Virus record (IMG/VR): IMGVR_UViG_3300012940_000101
Coordinates: 1 to 24,921 of that record
Length of the DNA: 24,921 nt
Origin: a virus
Taxonomy: Duplodnaviria; Caudoviricetes
Strand: one strand, 5' to 3'
Made by a program: the position numbers and the translations under genes. The notes beneath the pieces are model-generated. The model saw only the letters and a program-made list of their open reading frames with translations, did no database searches and was not told the origin of the DNA. This document shows, in pieces, positions 1-8,772 of this stretch. Positions within the stretch are counted from its first letter, which is position 1; each line of letters opens with the position of its first letter.

Positions 1-136
1 CCTCAAAATTCCTCCGGGGGGATATTTCGGCAGACATTGGTGACCCCCGAGGGTCCGAAACCCCTCCCTTTCCCCTGTGACCCTTAACCTACCCCAAGCT
101 TTCTTGGCATGAACTCAACCGAAAGGAGTTGATACC

Positions 137-496
137 GTGCCGCCTCCGAAGAGAACTAATGGGAAAAACATCGAAAGGCGAATGAAAGTCGCGGCAACTC
201 CTGAAGGCCGCGAGAGCAAGATGATCGCGCTGGCGGCGAGACTGGCCGAACAGCAGCTTACGGAGGGAACCGCCTCCGCACAGGTGATCACTCACTACCT
301 AAAGCTTGGGTCGACTCGCGAACAGTTGGAGCAAGAGAGACTCAGGCACGAGAACGAGCTGCTGAGGGTTAAGCGAGAGGCGATCGAGTCTCAGAAGCGC
401 ATCGAGGAACTCTACCTCAAGGCCATAGATGCCATGCGAGCCTACTCCGGCCACGGAAAGCTTCAGCACGAAGACGACAGTCAAAATGATGAGTAG
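137..496 (+). CDS. Hypothetical protein, candidate terminase small subunit (119 aa)
   Basis: GAAAGGAG RBS at 121-128 before GTG. Basic N-terminus and coiled-coil C-terminal half. First gene ahead of HNH and terminase; the function is inferred from position only. Confidence 0.6.
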   Translation: MPPPKRTNGKNIERRMKVAATPEGRESKMIALAARLAEQQLTEGTASAQVITHYLKLGSTREQLEQERLRHENELLRVKREAIESQKRIEELYLKAIDAMRAYSGHGKLQHEDDSQNDE

Positions 497-896
497 GAGT
501 TACCGAGATCTTCGACGGCTCTCGACCTTCGAAGAACGCTTTCGCTATCTCGCCCTTGGGGGTCGAGTCGGAAGAGAGACCTTCGGGTTCGACCGCTGGG
601 TGAATCAAGGCTTCTACAAGTCCCGAGAGTGGCGCCAAGCCAGAGACCAAACGATCGTTCGGGATAACGGCTGCGATCTCGGCGTCGAGGGTTACGAGAT
701 CTACGACAAGATTTATATCCATCATATCAACCCGGTCACTCTTGAGCAGATCGAACGTGGCGATCCTTGTCTTGTCGATCCTGACAACCTGATCACAGTC
801 ACCCATCGAACTCACAACGCCATTCACTACGGAAACGAGAGGCTACTTCCAAGTCCTCTCGTTGAGCGACGAGCCGGAGACACAAAGCTCTGGTGA
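486..896 (+). CDS. HNH endonuclease (packaging-associated, HK97 gp74-like position)
   Basis: Motifs FYKSREW...RDNGCDLG...IYIHHIN...NLITVTHRTHNAIH. Start moved from 429 to ATG 486 (or 489), overlapping the end of the upstream gene. Confidence 0.88.
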   Translation: MMSRSYRDLRRLSTFEERFRYLALGGRVGRETFGFDRWVNQGFYKSREWRQARDQTIVRDNGCDLGVEGYEIYDKIYIHHINPVTLEQIERGDPCLVDPDNLITVTHRTHNAIHYGNERLLPSPLVERRAGDTKLW

Positions 897-907
897 GAGG
901 AGGGTCC

Positions 908-1015
908 GTGCCCAACAAGAACACCGGTCCTTGTGAGGACGCCTTCGACGACCTGGACGACAAGGTCGCCGAGGAGACCGAGGCCAACTACGAAGCCGAG
1001 GAGAAGAACGAGTGA
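908..1015 (+). CDS. Small acidic protein, 35 aa (MPNKNTGPCEDAFDDLDDKVAEETEANYEAEEKNE), not in the ORF track
   Basis: Strong RBS GAGAGGAGGG at 895-904, GTG at 908, and a TGA stop overlapping the endolysin start (GTGA 1012-1015). It fills the gap between the two genes. Confidence 0.7.
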   Translation: MPNKNTGPCEDAFDDLDDKVAEETEANYEAEEKNE

Positions 1016-1872
1016 GCACCTACGAGTACGTCAGCGCCAAGCTCGGGAAGGTAGCTCCCGCTACCAAGTCCATCTCCAAGGAGATCTACGACGCCGCGAA
1101 GGCTGCGGGCCATGAGATCTGGTACATGTGGGGTATGGGCACCAGCTCGGAGCACGCGACCGGGCGGGCGCTCGACCTGATGGTCCGCAACAAGGCCGCC
1201 GGGGACTGGATCCGAGACTACATCTGGAAGAACCGACAGCGCCTTCGTCTCCAGCACGTCATCTGGTGGCAGCACATCACGTCGACTGTCACGCAGCCCG
1301 GCGTGGTTCGGAAGATGAAGGATCGCGGCAGCGTCACGGAGAACCACAAGGATCATGTTCACGTTCTCTTCTTCCCCGGCGACTACGTCCCTCCGAGCGG
1401 CAAGTCTTCTTCCGGTTCTTCCAAGAAGCCGGTTACCAAGAAGAGCGTCGCTGAGGTCGCGCGCGACGTTATTGCCGGGAAGTACGGCAACGGCCAGACT
1501 CGCATCGACAAGCTTCGTGCCGAGGGTTACAACCCCGCCGAGGTTCAGGTTGAGGTCAACCGTCTAATGGCGGGACTGAAGGCGCCGAAGAAGTCCATCC
1601 GTCAGGTCGCGGGAGAAGTCATCGCTGGTAAGTACGGCAACGGTGAGGAGCGCAAGAAGCGTCTCGAGGCGGCTGGCTACGACCCGGCCGCTGTGCAGAA
1701 GGAAGTGAACCGACTTCTCGGCATGAGGGTCGACAAGTCCTTCAATGATGTCGTGATCGATGTGATCAAGGGTAAGTACGGCAACGGCGAAGAGCGAAGG
1801 AAGCGTCTGGAGCGCGAAGGCTACGACTACACCAAGGTCCAGGCCGAGATCAACCGTCGTCTCCGGCGCTAA
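1012..1872 (+). CDS. Endolysin: N-terminal Zn-peptidase-like (LAS/M15-type) domain plus three C-terminal CW_7 (Cpl-7) cell-wall-binding repeats
   Basis: H-x6-D (HATGRALD) and HxxHxH (HKDHVH) metal-ligand motifs, a Ser/Lys linker, and three repeats of V(A/V)xxVIxGKYGNGxxRxxxLxxxGYxxxxVQxE(V/I)NR. Confidence 0.88.
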   Translation: MSTYEYVSAKLGKVAPATKSISKEIYDAAKAAGHEIWYMWGMGTSSEHATGRALDLMVRNKAAGDWIRDYIWKNRQRLRLQHVIWWQHITSTVTQPGVVRKMKDRGSVTENHKDHVHVLFFPGDYVPPSGKSSSGSSKKPVTKKSVAEVARDVIAGKYGNGQTRIDKLRAEGYNPAEVQVEVNRLMAGLKAPKKSIRQVAGEVIAGKYGNGEERKKRLEAAGYDPAAVQKEVNRLLGMRVDKSFNDVVIDVIKGKYGNGEERRKRLEREGYDYTKVQAEINRRLRR

Positions 1873-1900
1873 TCCGTCAAAATGAAAGGAGGTGTCTCAC

Positions 1901-2272
1901 ATGGCACAGAGTATTCTCAACAGCATTAAGAAGGTCATCGGAATACACCCGGATGACGTCTCGTTCGACGAGGACATCGTAATGCACGTGAACTCGGCGT
2001 TCTCGACACTGGCACAACTGGGCGTGGGACCTGCCGAAGGCTTCATGATCGAAGACGACTTGGCTACGTGGGACACCTTCCTCGGCGCCGACCCGAGACT
2101 CCTCAACTCGGTGAAGACCTACGTCTACCTCAAGGTTCGTTTGGTCTTCGATCCGCCGAATACTTCCTTCGTCATCGAATCGATGAACAAGCAGATCCAG
2201 GAGCTCGAATGGCGCCTGAACGTACAGAGGGAGGAGGAGTCGTGGACCGATCCACTTACGTCAGTGGCTTGA
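1901..2272 (+). CDS. Head-to-tail adaptor (gp6/gp15-like connector)
   Basis: SILNSIKKVIGI...FDEDIVMHVNSAFSTLAQLGVG...YVYLKVRLVFDPP pattern. AAAGGAGG RBS lies 8 nt before ATG 1901. Confidence 0.7.
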   Translation: MAQSILNSIKKVIGIHPDDVSFDEDIVMHVNSAFSTLAQLGVGPAEGFMIEDDLATWDTFLGADPRLLNSVKTYVYLKVRLVFDPPNTSFVIESMNKQIQELEWRLNVQREEESWTDPLTSVA

Positions 2273-2289
2273 AGCTCAACGAGGTGAGA

Positions 2290-2832
2290 ATGAGCGATCT
2301 CGAGGAAGCTCTCGCCCACTACGGCATCAAAGGCATGAAGTGGGGTGTGAGGAGAAGCGAGGCTGAACTGTCACGGGCTCGAGACGGAAAGCCGCCTGCC
2401 GAGAAGCCTCGGCCTCCCGCTTCGAAAGACTTCGAGGCCGTCGCCAAGCTCAATCAGAAGATCAAGGAAGGAGGGACTCGGTCACTCAGCAACCAGGAAT
2501 TGAGGCAGTACCTGGAGAGGGTCGAACTCGAGCGCCGCTACCAGACGGTTATGGCGGCTTCGGTCCCTCACCCCAACTCCGGAGGACAGAAGAAGTCCGC
2601 GCTGGAGAAGGGGCATGACGCCACACGGACCATTCTCAAGTACGGCAAGACGATCAACGACGCTAGAAAGTTCTTGAATACTCCGACCGGAAGGGCTGTG
2701 AAGACCGGTCTCTCTACTGCCGCCGCTGCTACGGCTGCGTATTTGACCGGAGGAACTTCGGCTGCTGTGGCTGCTGGTGGTAGCACGCTTCTTCGAAAGG
2801 CGGGCCGCAAGATCGACGAGGACGACGAGTAG
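2290..2832 (+). CDS. Phage protein with N-terminal LAHYGIKGMKWGVRR motif (180 aa), possibly virion-internal
   Basis: GAGGTG RBS before ATG 2290. The HxGIKGMKWGVRR motif is recurrent in this type of phage. Ala/Gly-rich hydrophobic C-terminal segment. Confidence 0.75.
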   Translation: MSDLEEALAHYGIKGMKWGVRRSEAELSRARDGKPPAEKPRPPASKDFEAVAKLNQKIKEGGTRSLSNQELRQYLERVELERRYQTVMAASVPHPNSGGQKKSALEKGHDATRTILKYGKTINDARKFLNTPTGRAVKTGLSTAAAATAAYLTGGTSAAVAAGGSTLLRKAGRKIDEDDE

Positions 2833-2855
2833 AACTCTGGAAGGGAGGGTAGACG

Positions 2856-4601
2856 ATGGCGCTGTCGAATACGGCGACCCCATACTACTATGGCAAGTTC
2901 CGAGACGCTGTCATACGAGGCGAGATCCCGGTAAACCGAGAGATCTCGATGGAGATGAACCGTATCGACGCTCTCATCGCCAACCCGAACATCTATTACG
3001 ACCCCGACCCAGTCGAAGGTTTCATCAGCTTCTGCGAGAACGAGCTTACTCTCACTGACGGAAGCGACCTTCATCTGCTCGACACGTTCAAGCTCTGGGC
3101 CGAGCAGATATTTTGCTGGTACTACTTCGTGAAACGGACGGTCTACGAGCCTTACCCGGACAATCGCGGAGGCCGGTACGTCGAGAAAACGATCAAGAAG
3201 CGTCTGACCACGAAGCAGTACCTGATCGTAGCCCGAGGGGCCGCCAAGTCTCTGTACGAGTCTTGTCTACAGAGTTACTTTCTCAACGTGGACACATCGA
3301 CGACTCATCAGATCACTACGGCTCCCACGATGAAGCAGGCCGAAGAGGTGCTGCAGCCCATCCGGACTGCCATCACTCGAAGCCGAGGGCCGCTCTTCCA
3401 GTTCCTGACTGAGGGGTCACTTCAGAACACCACCGGCTCGAAAGCCAACCGGGTGAAACTAGCCGCCACCAAGAAGGGAATAGAGAACTTCCTGACAGGT
3501 TCTCTACTTGAGGTTCGTCCAATGACCATCAACAAGCTTCAGGGTCTGAGGACGAAGATGGCGACGATTGATGAATGGCTGTCCGGCGACCTCCGAGAGG
3601 ACGTCATCGGCGCGATCGAGCAGGGCTCGTCCAAGCTCGACGACTATCTTATCGTCGCGGTCAGCTCGGAGGGTACCGTCCGTAACGGAAGCGGCGACAC
3701 CATCAAAATGGAACTAGCCAGCATCCTCAAGGGCGAGTACCAGGCTCCTCATGTCTCGATCTGGCACTACAAGCTTGATGAGATCGAGGAAGTCAACAAT
3801 CCCGAGATGTGGTTGAAGGCGAATCCCAACCTCGGTAAGACCGTCACCTACGACGTGTACCAGCTGGACGTCGAGAGGGCGGAGAAGGCGCCTGCTTCCC
3901 GGAACGACATTCTGGCGAAGCGCTTCGGGATTCCCATGGAGGGCTACACGTACTTCTTCACCTACGAAGAAACCATCCCCCACCATCACCGAGAGTACTG
4001 GGGTATGCCCTGCGCTCTTGGCGCGGACCTTTCGCAGGGTGACGACTTCTGCGCGTTCACCTTCTTGTTCCCTCTCCCTGATGGGAAGTTCGGCGTTAAG
4101 ACCCGTAGCTACATCAGCTCCCTGACGATGATGAAGCTTCCGGGTGCGATGCGGCACAAGTACGAGGAGTTTGTCAACGAAGGGAGTCTGCACGTACTCG
4201 AGGGTACGATCCTCGACATGATGGAGGTCTACGATGACCTGGATGTTCACATCCAGGAGTGTGACTATGACGTGCGCGCACTTGGTTTCGACCCCTACAA
4301 CGCAAAGGAGTTCGTAGCCCGCTGGGAGGCGGAGAACGGTCCATATGGTATCGAGAAAGTCATTCAGGGGGCGCGTACAGAGTCTGTCCCGCTTGGGGAA
4401 CTGAAGGCTCTGAGTGGACAACGGATGTTGTTGTTTGATCAGGAGCTCATGAGCTTTGCGATGGGTAACGCCATCACGCTCGAGGATACCAACGGAAACC
4501 GCAAGCTCCTTAAGAAGCGACACGAGGCGAAGATCGACAACGTAGCCGCGATGATGGATGCTTTCGTGGCGTACAAGCTGAACAAGGAGGCGTTCGAGTG
4601 A
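2856..4601 (+). CDS. terL: Terminase large subunit (581 aa)
   Basis: Walker A-like IVARGAAKS, Walker B ATIDEW, coupling motif VSSEG, nuclease acidic motifs LGADLS and KIDNVAA, and WLKANPNLG. GGGAGGG RBS. Confidence 0.95.
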   Translation: MALSNTATPYYYGKFRDAVIRGEIPVNREISMEMNRIDALIANPNIYYDPDPVEGFISFCENELTLTDGSDLHLLDTFKLWAEQIFCWYYFVKRTVYEPYPDNRGGRYVEKTIKKRLTTKQYLIVARGAAKSLYESCLQSYFLNVDTSTTHQITTAPTMKQAEEVLQPIRTAITRSRGPLFQFLTEGSLQNTTGSKANRVKLAATKKGIENFLTGSLLEVRPMTINKLQGLRTKMATIDEWLSGDLREDVIGAIEQGSSKLDDYLIVAVSSEGTVRNGSGDTIKMELASILKGEYQAPHVSIWHYKLDEIEEVNNPEMWLKANPNLGKTVTYDVYQLDVERAEKAPASRNDILAKRFGIPMEGYTYFFTYEETIPHHHREYWGMPCALGADLSQGDDFCAFTFLFPLPDGKFGVKTRSYISSLTMMKLPGAMRHKYEEFVNEGSLHVLEGTILDMMEVYDDLDVHIQECDYDVRALGFDPYNAKEFVARWEAENGPYGIEKVIQGARTESVPLGELKALSGQRMLLFDQELMSFAMGNAITLEDTNGNRKLLKKRHEAKIDNVAAMMDAFVAYKLNKEAFE

Positions 4602-4613
4602 GCGAAAGGGGGC

Positions 4614-4832
4614 GTGGACAGATTGGAAGCCGAGATCGAGAGAGTCGTCCAAAGTGATCCTCAGTATGCTTCGGCAGTCACGGCATTTGTCGCGAGCGAC
4701 GCCCTGGCGCCCCGCAAGATCGGAATCGACAAGATCATTCTCAGCGCCGGAAAGCAGGCGTATTCCAAGGCTGCTGATCCGAATGGTCACAAAGCGGCCA
4801 AGAAGCTTCTGAAGAACATCGGCATCAGCTGA
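4614..4832 (+). CDS. Hypothetical protein (about 70 aa) between terminase and portal
   Basis: GAAAGGGGG RBS at 4604-4612 (TTG 4623 is an alternative start). Fills the intergenic gap; no motif recognised. Confidence 0.55.
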   Translation: MDRLEAEIERVVQSDPQYASAVTAFVASDALAPRKIGIDKIILSAGKQAYSKAADPNGHKAAKKLLKNIGIS

Positions 4833-4866
4833 CACGATCGCATACTTTTTAGAAAGGGGGTGACCA

Positions 4867-6114
4867 ATGGCAGGCTTTCTAACTCGAGTCAAGGAAGGAT
4901 TCAAACATAGCTGGAACATCTTCCGAGACGCCGACTACCTAGACGGGCTTCACGCTCAGAGCGCACACGGCCTCGGATATTTCGGAATGCCCAGCCGGAG
5001 TCGAACCACGTATTCGAGCGAGCGGTCGATCATCTCCTCGATCTATACTCGCTTGAGTATCGATGTTTCCGGGGTCGATATTCGCCACGTTCGGCTTGAC
5101 AAGGATGGGAGGTATCAGGAGGACATTCGAGGCGCTCTGCAGGATTGTCTTACTGTAGATCCGAACCTGGATCAGGGTCCTCGTCAGTTCCGTCAGGACA
5201 TCGCAATGACTCTTTTCGAAAAGGGCGTCGCTGCGATCGTTCCTGTCGAAACAGATGTTGATCCTTCGGTCTCGTCGAGCTACATCATTAAGTCACTTCG
5301 CGTCGGGGAGATCGTCGGATGGCACCCCCAGCATGTAACAGTCGACCTTTACGACGAACGAACTGGTGAGCGAAAGCAGGTAACCGTTCCGAAGAGGATG
5401 GTCGCAATTGTCGAGAATCCTCTTTACGCGGTGATGAACGAGCCAAACTCGACTCTTCAGCGACTGATTCGCAAGTTGAACATGCTGGACTCAGTCGATG
5501 AACAGACGAGTTCTGGGAAGCTCGATCTGATCATTCAGCTCCCCTACGTGATCAAGTCTGAAGCCCGAAGGAAGCAGGCCGAACAGCGCCGCAAGGAGAT
5601 TGAGTTCCAACTCAAGGGCAGTAAGTACGGCATCGCTTACACCGACGGCACCGAGAAGATCACGCAGCTGAACCGTCCGGTCGAGAACAACCTCTTGAAA
5701 CAGATCGAGTACCTGACCGCGCAGTTGTACTCGCAGCTGGGTCTGACCGAAGAGGTGATGAACGGTACGGCCGACGAAAAGGCCATGATCAACTACTTCA
5801 ACCGCACCATCAAGCCGGTTGTACAGGCGATTACGGAAGCCATGAAGAAGTCGTTCCTGACAAAGACCGCTCGGTCGCAGGGGCAGTCGATCATGTACTT
5901 CCGCAATCCGTTTGATCTCGTACCCATGGAGCAGGTTGCCGAAATCGCGGACAAGTTCACCCGGAACGAGATTCTCTCGGCGAACGAAGTCCGTCAAGGA
6001 ATCGGTTTCAAACCGTCGAAGGATCCGAAGGCCGATCAACTCATCAACAGCAACATGCCTCAGCCTGTCGAGGCGCCTATGGACATAGGAGACAGTCAAA
6101 ATGGAAACAGCTGA
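4867..6114 (+). CDS. Portal protein (415 aa)
   Basis: Position between terminase and protease/capsid, typical size, and C-terminal EILSANEVRQGIGFKP (HK97-portal-like NEVR motif). GAAAGGGGG RBS. Confidence 0.9.
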   Translation: MAGFLTRVKEGFKHSWNIFRDADYLDGLHAQSAHGLGYFGMPSRSRTTYSSERSIISSIYTRLSIDVSGVDIRHVRLDKDGRYQEDIRGALQDCLTVDPNLDQGPRQFRQDIAMTLFEKGVAAIVPVETDVDPSVSSSYIIKSLRVGEIVGWHPQHVTVDLYDERTGERKQVTVPKRMVAIVENPLYAVMNEPNSTLQRLIRKLNMLDSVDEQTSSGKLDLIIQLPYVIKSEARRKQAEQRRKEIEFQLKGSKYGIAYTDGTEKITQLNRPVENNLLKQIEYLTAQLYSQLGLTEEVMNGTADEKAMINYFNRTIKPVVQAITEAMKKSFLTKTARSQGQSIMYFRNPFDLVPMEQVAEIADKFTRNEILSANEVRQGIGFKPSKDPKADQLINSNMPQPVEAPMDIGDSQNGNS

Positions 6115-8122
6115 CTTCGGCGGCTGGGCCACCAAGGCTGGGCTCAAGTGCTCTGACGGTCGCGTCATCATGCGCGGTGCTTTCGAGCACATGGACCAGC
6201 AGCAGGTTCCCCTGGTCTGGCAGCACGGACATCACAGCGCGGAGAACGTCCTGGGTCACGCCATTCTCGAGACCCGTGACGAGGGCGTTTACGCCTACGC
6301 GTTTTTCAACGACACCAAGCAGGGGCAGAACGCCAAGGAACTCGTCCAGCACGGCGACATCAAGCACCTCTCCATCTACGCCAACAATCTGGTGGAGAAG
6401 GGGAAGAACGTCATCCACGGTATGATCCGAGAGGTCTCGCTGGTTCTGGCAGGAGCGAATCCGGGCGCTGTCATCGACTACGTCCGTCTCGCTCACTCAG
6501 ACGGAAGCTACGACGACCTCGAGGACGAGGCGGTCATCACCACCGGCATTGAGATCGAGAAGGCGGATGAGTACGCCCTCGAACACGCCGATTCCGAGAG
6601 CAACGATGGCGACGATGGCGACGATGGCGAACTCACTGTTCAGGACGTCTACGACACCCTGGACGAACAGCAGAAGAACGTTGTTCACTACCTGATCGGC
6701 GTTGCACTGGAGGCCGCTATCGCTTCCGGCGCCGAAAGCGAGAAGAAGAGCGCGCAGCACTCCGACGACGAAACAAGCCTGAAGACGACCGACCCCGAAG
6801 GAGGCGACGCAATGTCGCGCAACGTTTTCGACCAGTCCGACGCCATCCGGAAGGGCGGCTCGGGTTCCCTGAAGCACAAGCTCACCGAGGACGACATGAA
6901 GGCGATCGTCGCCGACGCCATGAAGGTGGGCTCCCTTAAGGAGGCAGTGAACAACTACGCCCTCCAGCACGGCATCACCAGCGTCGAGACGCTGTTCCCC
7001 GACGCCAAGTCCCTGACCAACACGCCTGAGTTCAACAAGCGTCAGACCGAGTGGGTTCCCAAGGTTCTGGACTCTGTTCGCCGCAGCCCGTTCTCCCGCG
7101 TGAAGACGCTGATGGCTGACATCACGATGGACGAGGCGCGCGCTAAGGGTTACATCAAGGGGAACTTCAAGAAGGAAGAGTGGTTCGGCGTCACCAAGCG
7201 TACGACCACTCCGACCACCATCTACAAGAAGCAGCAGCTCGACCGGGACGACGTCGTCGACATCACCGACTTTGACGTCGTAGCCTGGATCCGTGGCGAG
7301 ATGCGGATGATGCTGGAGGAGGAGATCGCTCGCGCGATCCTGATCGGCGACGGCCGTGACGTCTCCAGCGAGGACAAGATCAAGGACCCGATGGCTGCGG
7401 CCGACGGTTCCGGCATCCGTTCGATCCTGAACGAGCACGAGCTGTACGCGACTACGGTCAACGTCAACCTCGGTTCGCCGGCGGACTACCTGAACGTCGT
7501 TGAGGAGATCCTCCGCGCCCGCCGCTTCTACAAGGGTACCGGCACGCCGACCCTCTACACCACAAACCAGACCGTGGTGGAGATGCTCCTGACCAAGGAC
7601 GAGATGGGGCGCCGCTACTGGAACACCAAGCAGGAGCTGGCTTCGGCCCTCATGGTCAACGACATCGTCGAGGTCGAGGTCATGGAGGAGGAGCCGGACC
7701 TCCTCGGCATCATCGTCAACCTGGCCGACTACAACGTCGGCGCGGACAAGGGCGGCGAGGTCAGCCTCTTCGACGACTTCGACATCGACTACAACCAGTA
7801 CAAGTACCTCATCGAGACTCGCATCTCGGGAGCGCTTGTCAAGCTGAAGTCCGCTCTGGTCATCAAGAAGGCTGCCAACACCGGCGTCGTGGTCACTCCG
7901 GGCAGCCCGACCTTCAACGAGACCACCTACGTGGTGACGATCCCGAAGAAGACTGGCGTGGTCTACAAGAACAACAGCACCAGCGAGGTGCTGAACCCCG
8001 GTCCGCAGGACGCTCTGGGCGAGAACGAGACGCTGACGGTCAAGGCCGTTCCGGCATCCGGCTTCGACTTCCCGGTTGGCGTGACGACCGAGTGGGCCTT
8101 CGAGGGGCCGACGGGCGGCTGA
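6101..8122 (+). CDS. Prohead protease-scaffold-major capsid protein fusion (673 aa) with C-terminal Ig-like extension
   Basis: N-terminal HK97-type protease motifs (GAF...VPLVWQH...LSI...IREVSLVLAGANPGA), an acidic linker, then a capsid region (EEEIARAILIGDG, FDDFDIDYNQYKYLIETRISG). Confidence 0.9.
   Translation: METADFGGWATKAGLKCSDGRVIMRGAFEHMDQQQVPLVWQHGHHSAENVLGHAILETRDEGVYAYAFFNDTKQGQNAKELVQHGDIKHLSIYANNLVEKGKNVIHGMIREVSLVLAGANPGAVIDYVRLAHSDGSYDDLEDEAVITTGIEIEKADEYALEHADSESNDGDDGDDGELTVQDVYDTLDEQQKNVVHYLIGVALEAAIASGAESEKKSAQHSDDETSLKTTDPEGGDAMSRNVFDQSDAIRKGGSGSLKHKLTEDDMKAIVADAMKVGSLKEAVNNYALQHGITSVETLFPDAKSLTNTPEFNKRQTEWVPKVLDSVRRSPFSRVKTLMADITMDEARAKGYIKGNFKKEEWFGVTKRTTTPTTIYKKQQLDRDDVVDITDFDVVAWIRGEMRMMLEEEIARAILIGDGRDVSSEDKIKDPMAAADGSGIRSILNEHELYATTVNVNLGSPADYLNVVEEILRARRFYKGTGTPTLYTTNQTVVEMLLTKDEMGRRYWNTKQELASALMVNDIVEVEVMEEEPDLLGIIVNLADYNVGADKGGEVSLFDDFDIDYNQYKYLIETRISGALVKLKSALVIKKAANTGVVVTPGSPTFNETTYVVTIPKKTGVVYKNNSTSEVLNPGPQDALGENETLTVKAVPASGFDFPVGVTTEWAFEGPTGG
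6603..6629 (+). repeat. 9-bp tandem repeat (ACGATGGCG)x3 encoding the acidic DGD linker
   Basis: Three exact adjacent copies read directly. Confidence 0.85.
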
Positions 8123-8140
8123 GATATTTAGGCTCAGTCT

Positions 8141-8464
8141 ATGACTCGATTCTACGGAAAGGTGGGATACGGCGTAACAGTTGAGACCTCTCCCGGCGTA
8201 TACGAGGATGTAATCACTGAATTCCCATATTTTGGGGACGTAGTGCGAAACTCGGTAAAGTTCAGGGAGGGGCAGAGCGTCAACAACGACCTCTCATTGA
8301 GTCACTCAATCAGTATCGTTGCGGACGCGTATGCGAACGAAAATTTCTTCGCGATTCGTTACGTGTCCTGGGGTGGGGCTCTGTGGTCTGTCACTGAGGT
8401 GGAAGTGCAGAGCCCCCGCCTCGTTTTGCGTCTGGGAGGCGTCTACAATGGGCCGACGCCTTGA
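8141..8464 (+). CDS. Head-to-tail stopper / head closure protein
   Basis: Position after capsid, 107 aa, beta-rich with YVSWGGALWSVTEVEV...RLVLRLGG pattern. Confidence 0.65.
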   Translation: MTRFYGKVGYGVTVETSPGVYEDVITEFPYFGDVVRNSVKFREGQSVNNDLSLSHSISIVADAYANENFFAIRYVSWGGALWSVTEVEVQSPRLVLRLGGVYNGPTP

Positions 8465-8753
8465 TCTGCAGGCGCTTTTTGAGGGGTTGCTGGGAAGCGA
8501 GAACGTATATTTTCAGCCCCCTTCCAACTTGCAGATGAAGTATCCCTGCATAGTCTACGCAAGGGACAACGCGAAGACAGAGTTCGCAGACAACAAACCT
8601 TACAGTTACGCCAAGCGCTACCAAGTCACGGTGATCGACAGGAACCCGGACACCGATATTCCTGACAAGATCGCTGCGCTGCCGTTGTCCAACCTGAACC
8701 GCGTGTTCACGGCTGGCAACCTCCATCACTACGTCTTCAACCTATATTTCTGA
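8448..8753 (+). CDS. Tail terminator / tail completion protein (101 aa)
   Basis: GGGAGG RBS at 8434-8439, ATG 8448, motif NVYFQPP...YPCIVY. Directly precedes the major tail gene. Confidence 0.7.
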   Translation: MGRRLDLQALFEGLLGSENVYFQPPSNLQMKYPCIVYARDNAKTEFADNKPYSYAKRYQVTVIDRNPDTDIPDKIAALPLSNLNRVFTAGNLHHYVFNLYF

Positions 8754-8772
8754 GGAGCGAGGAGCAAAACAC

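Noticed and set aside
2068-2289. N-terminal extensions in the ORF track (also 429, 8319, 13045, 22125, 22712, 24012)
   Set aside because: They overlap upstream genes or regulatory repeats. Downstream starts with a clear RBS or a coupled overlap are better supported.
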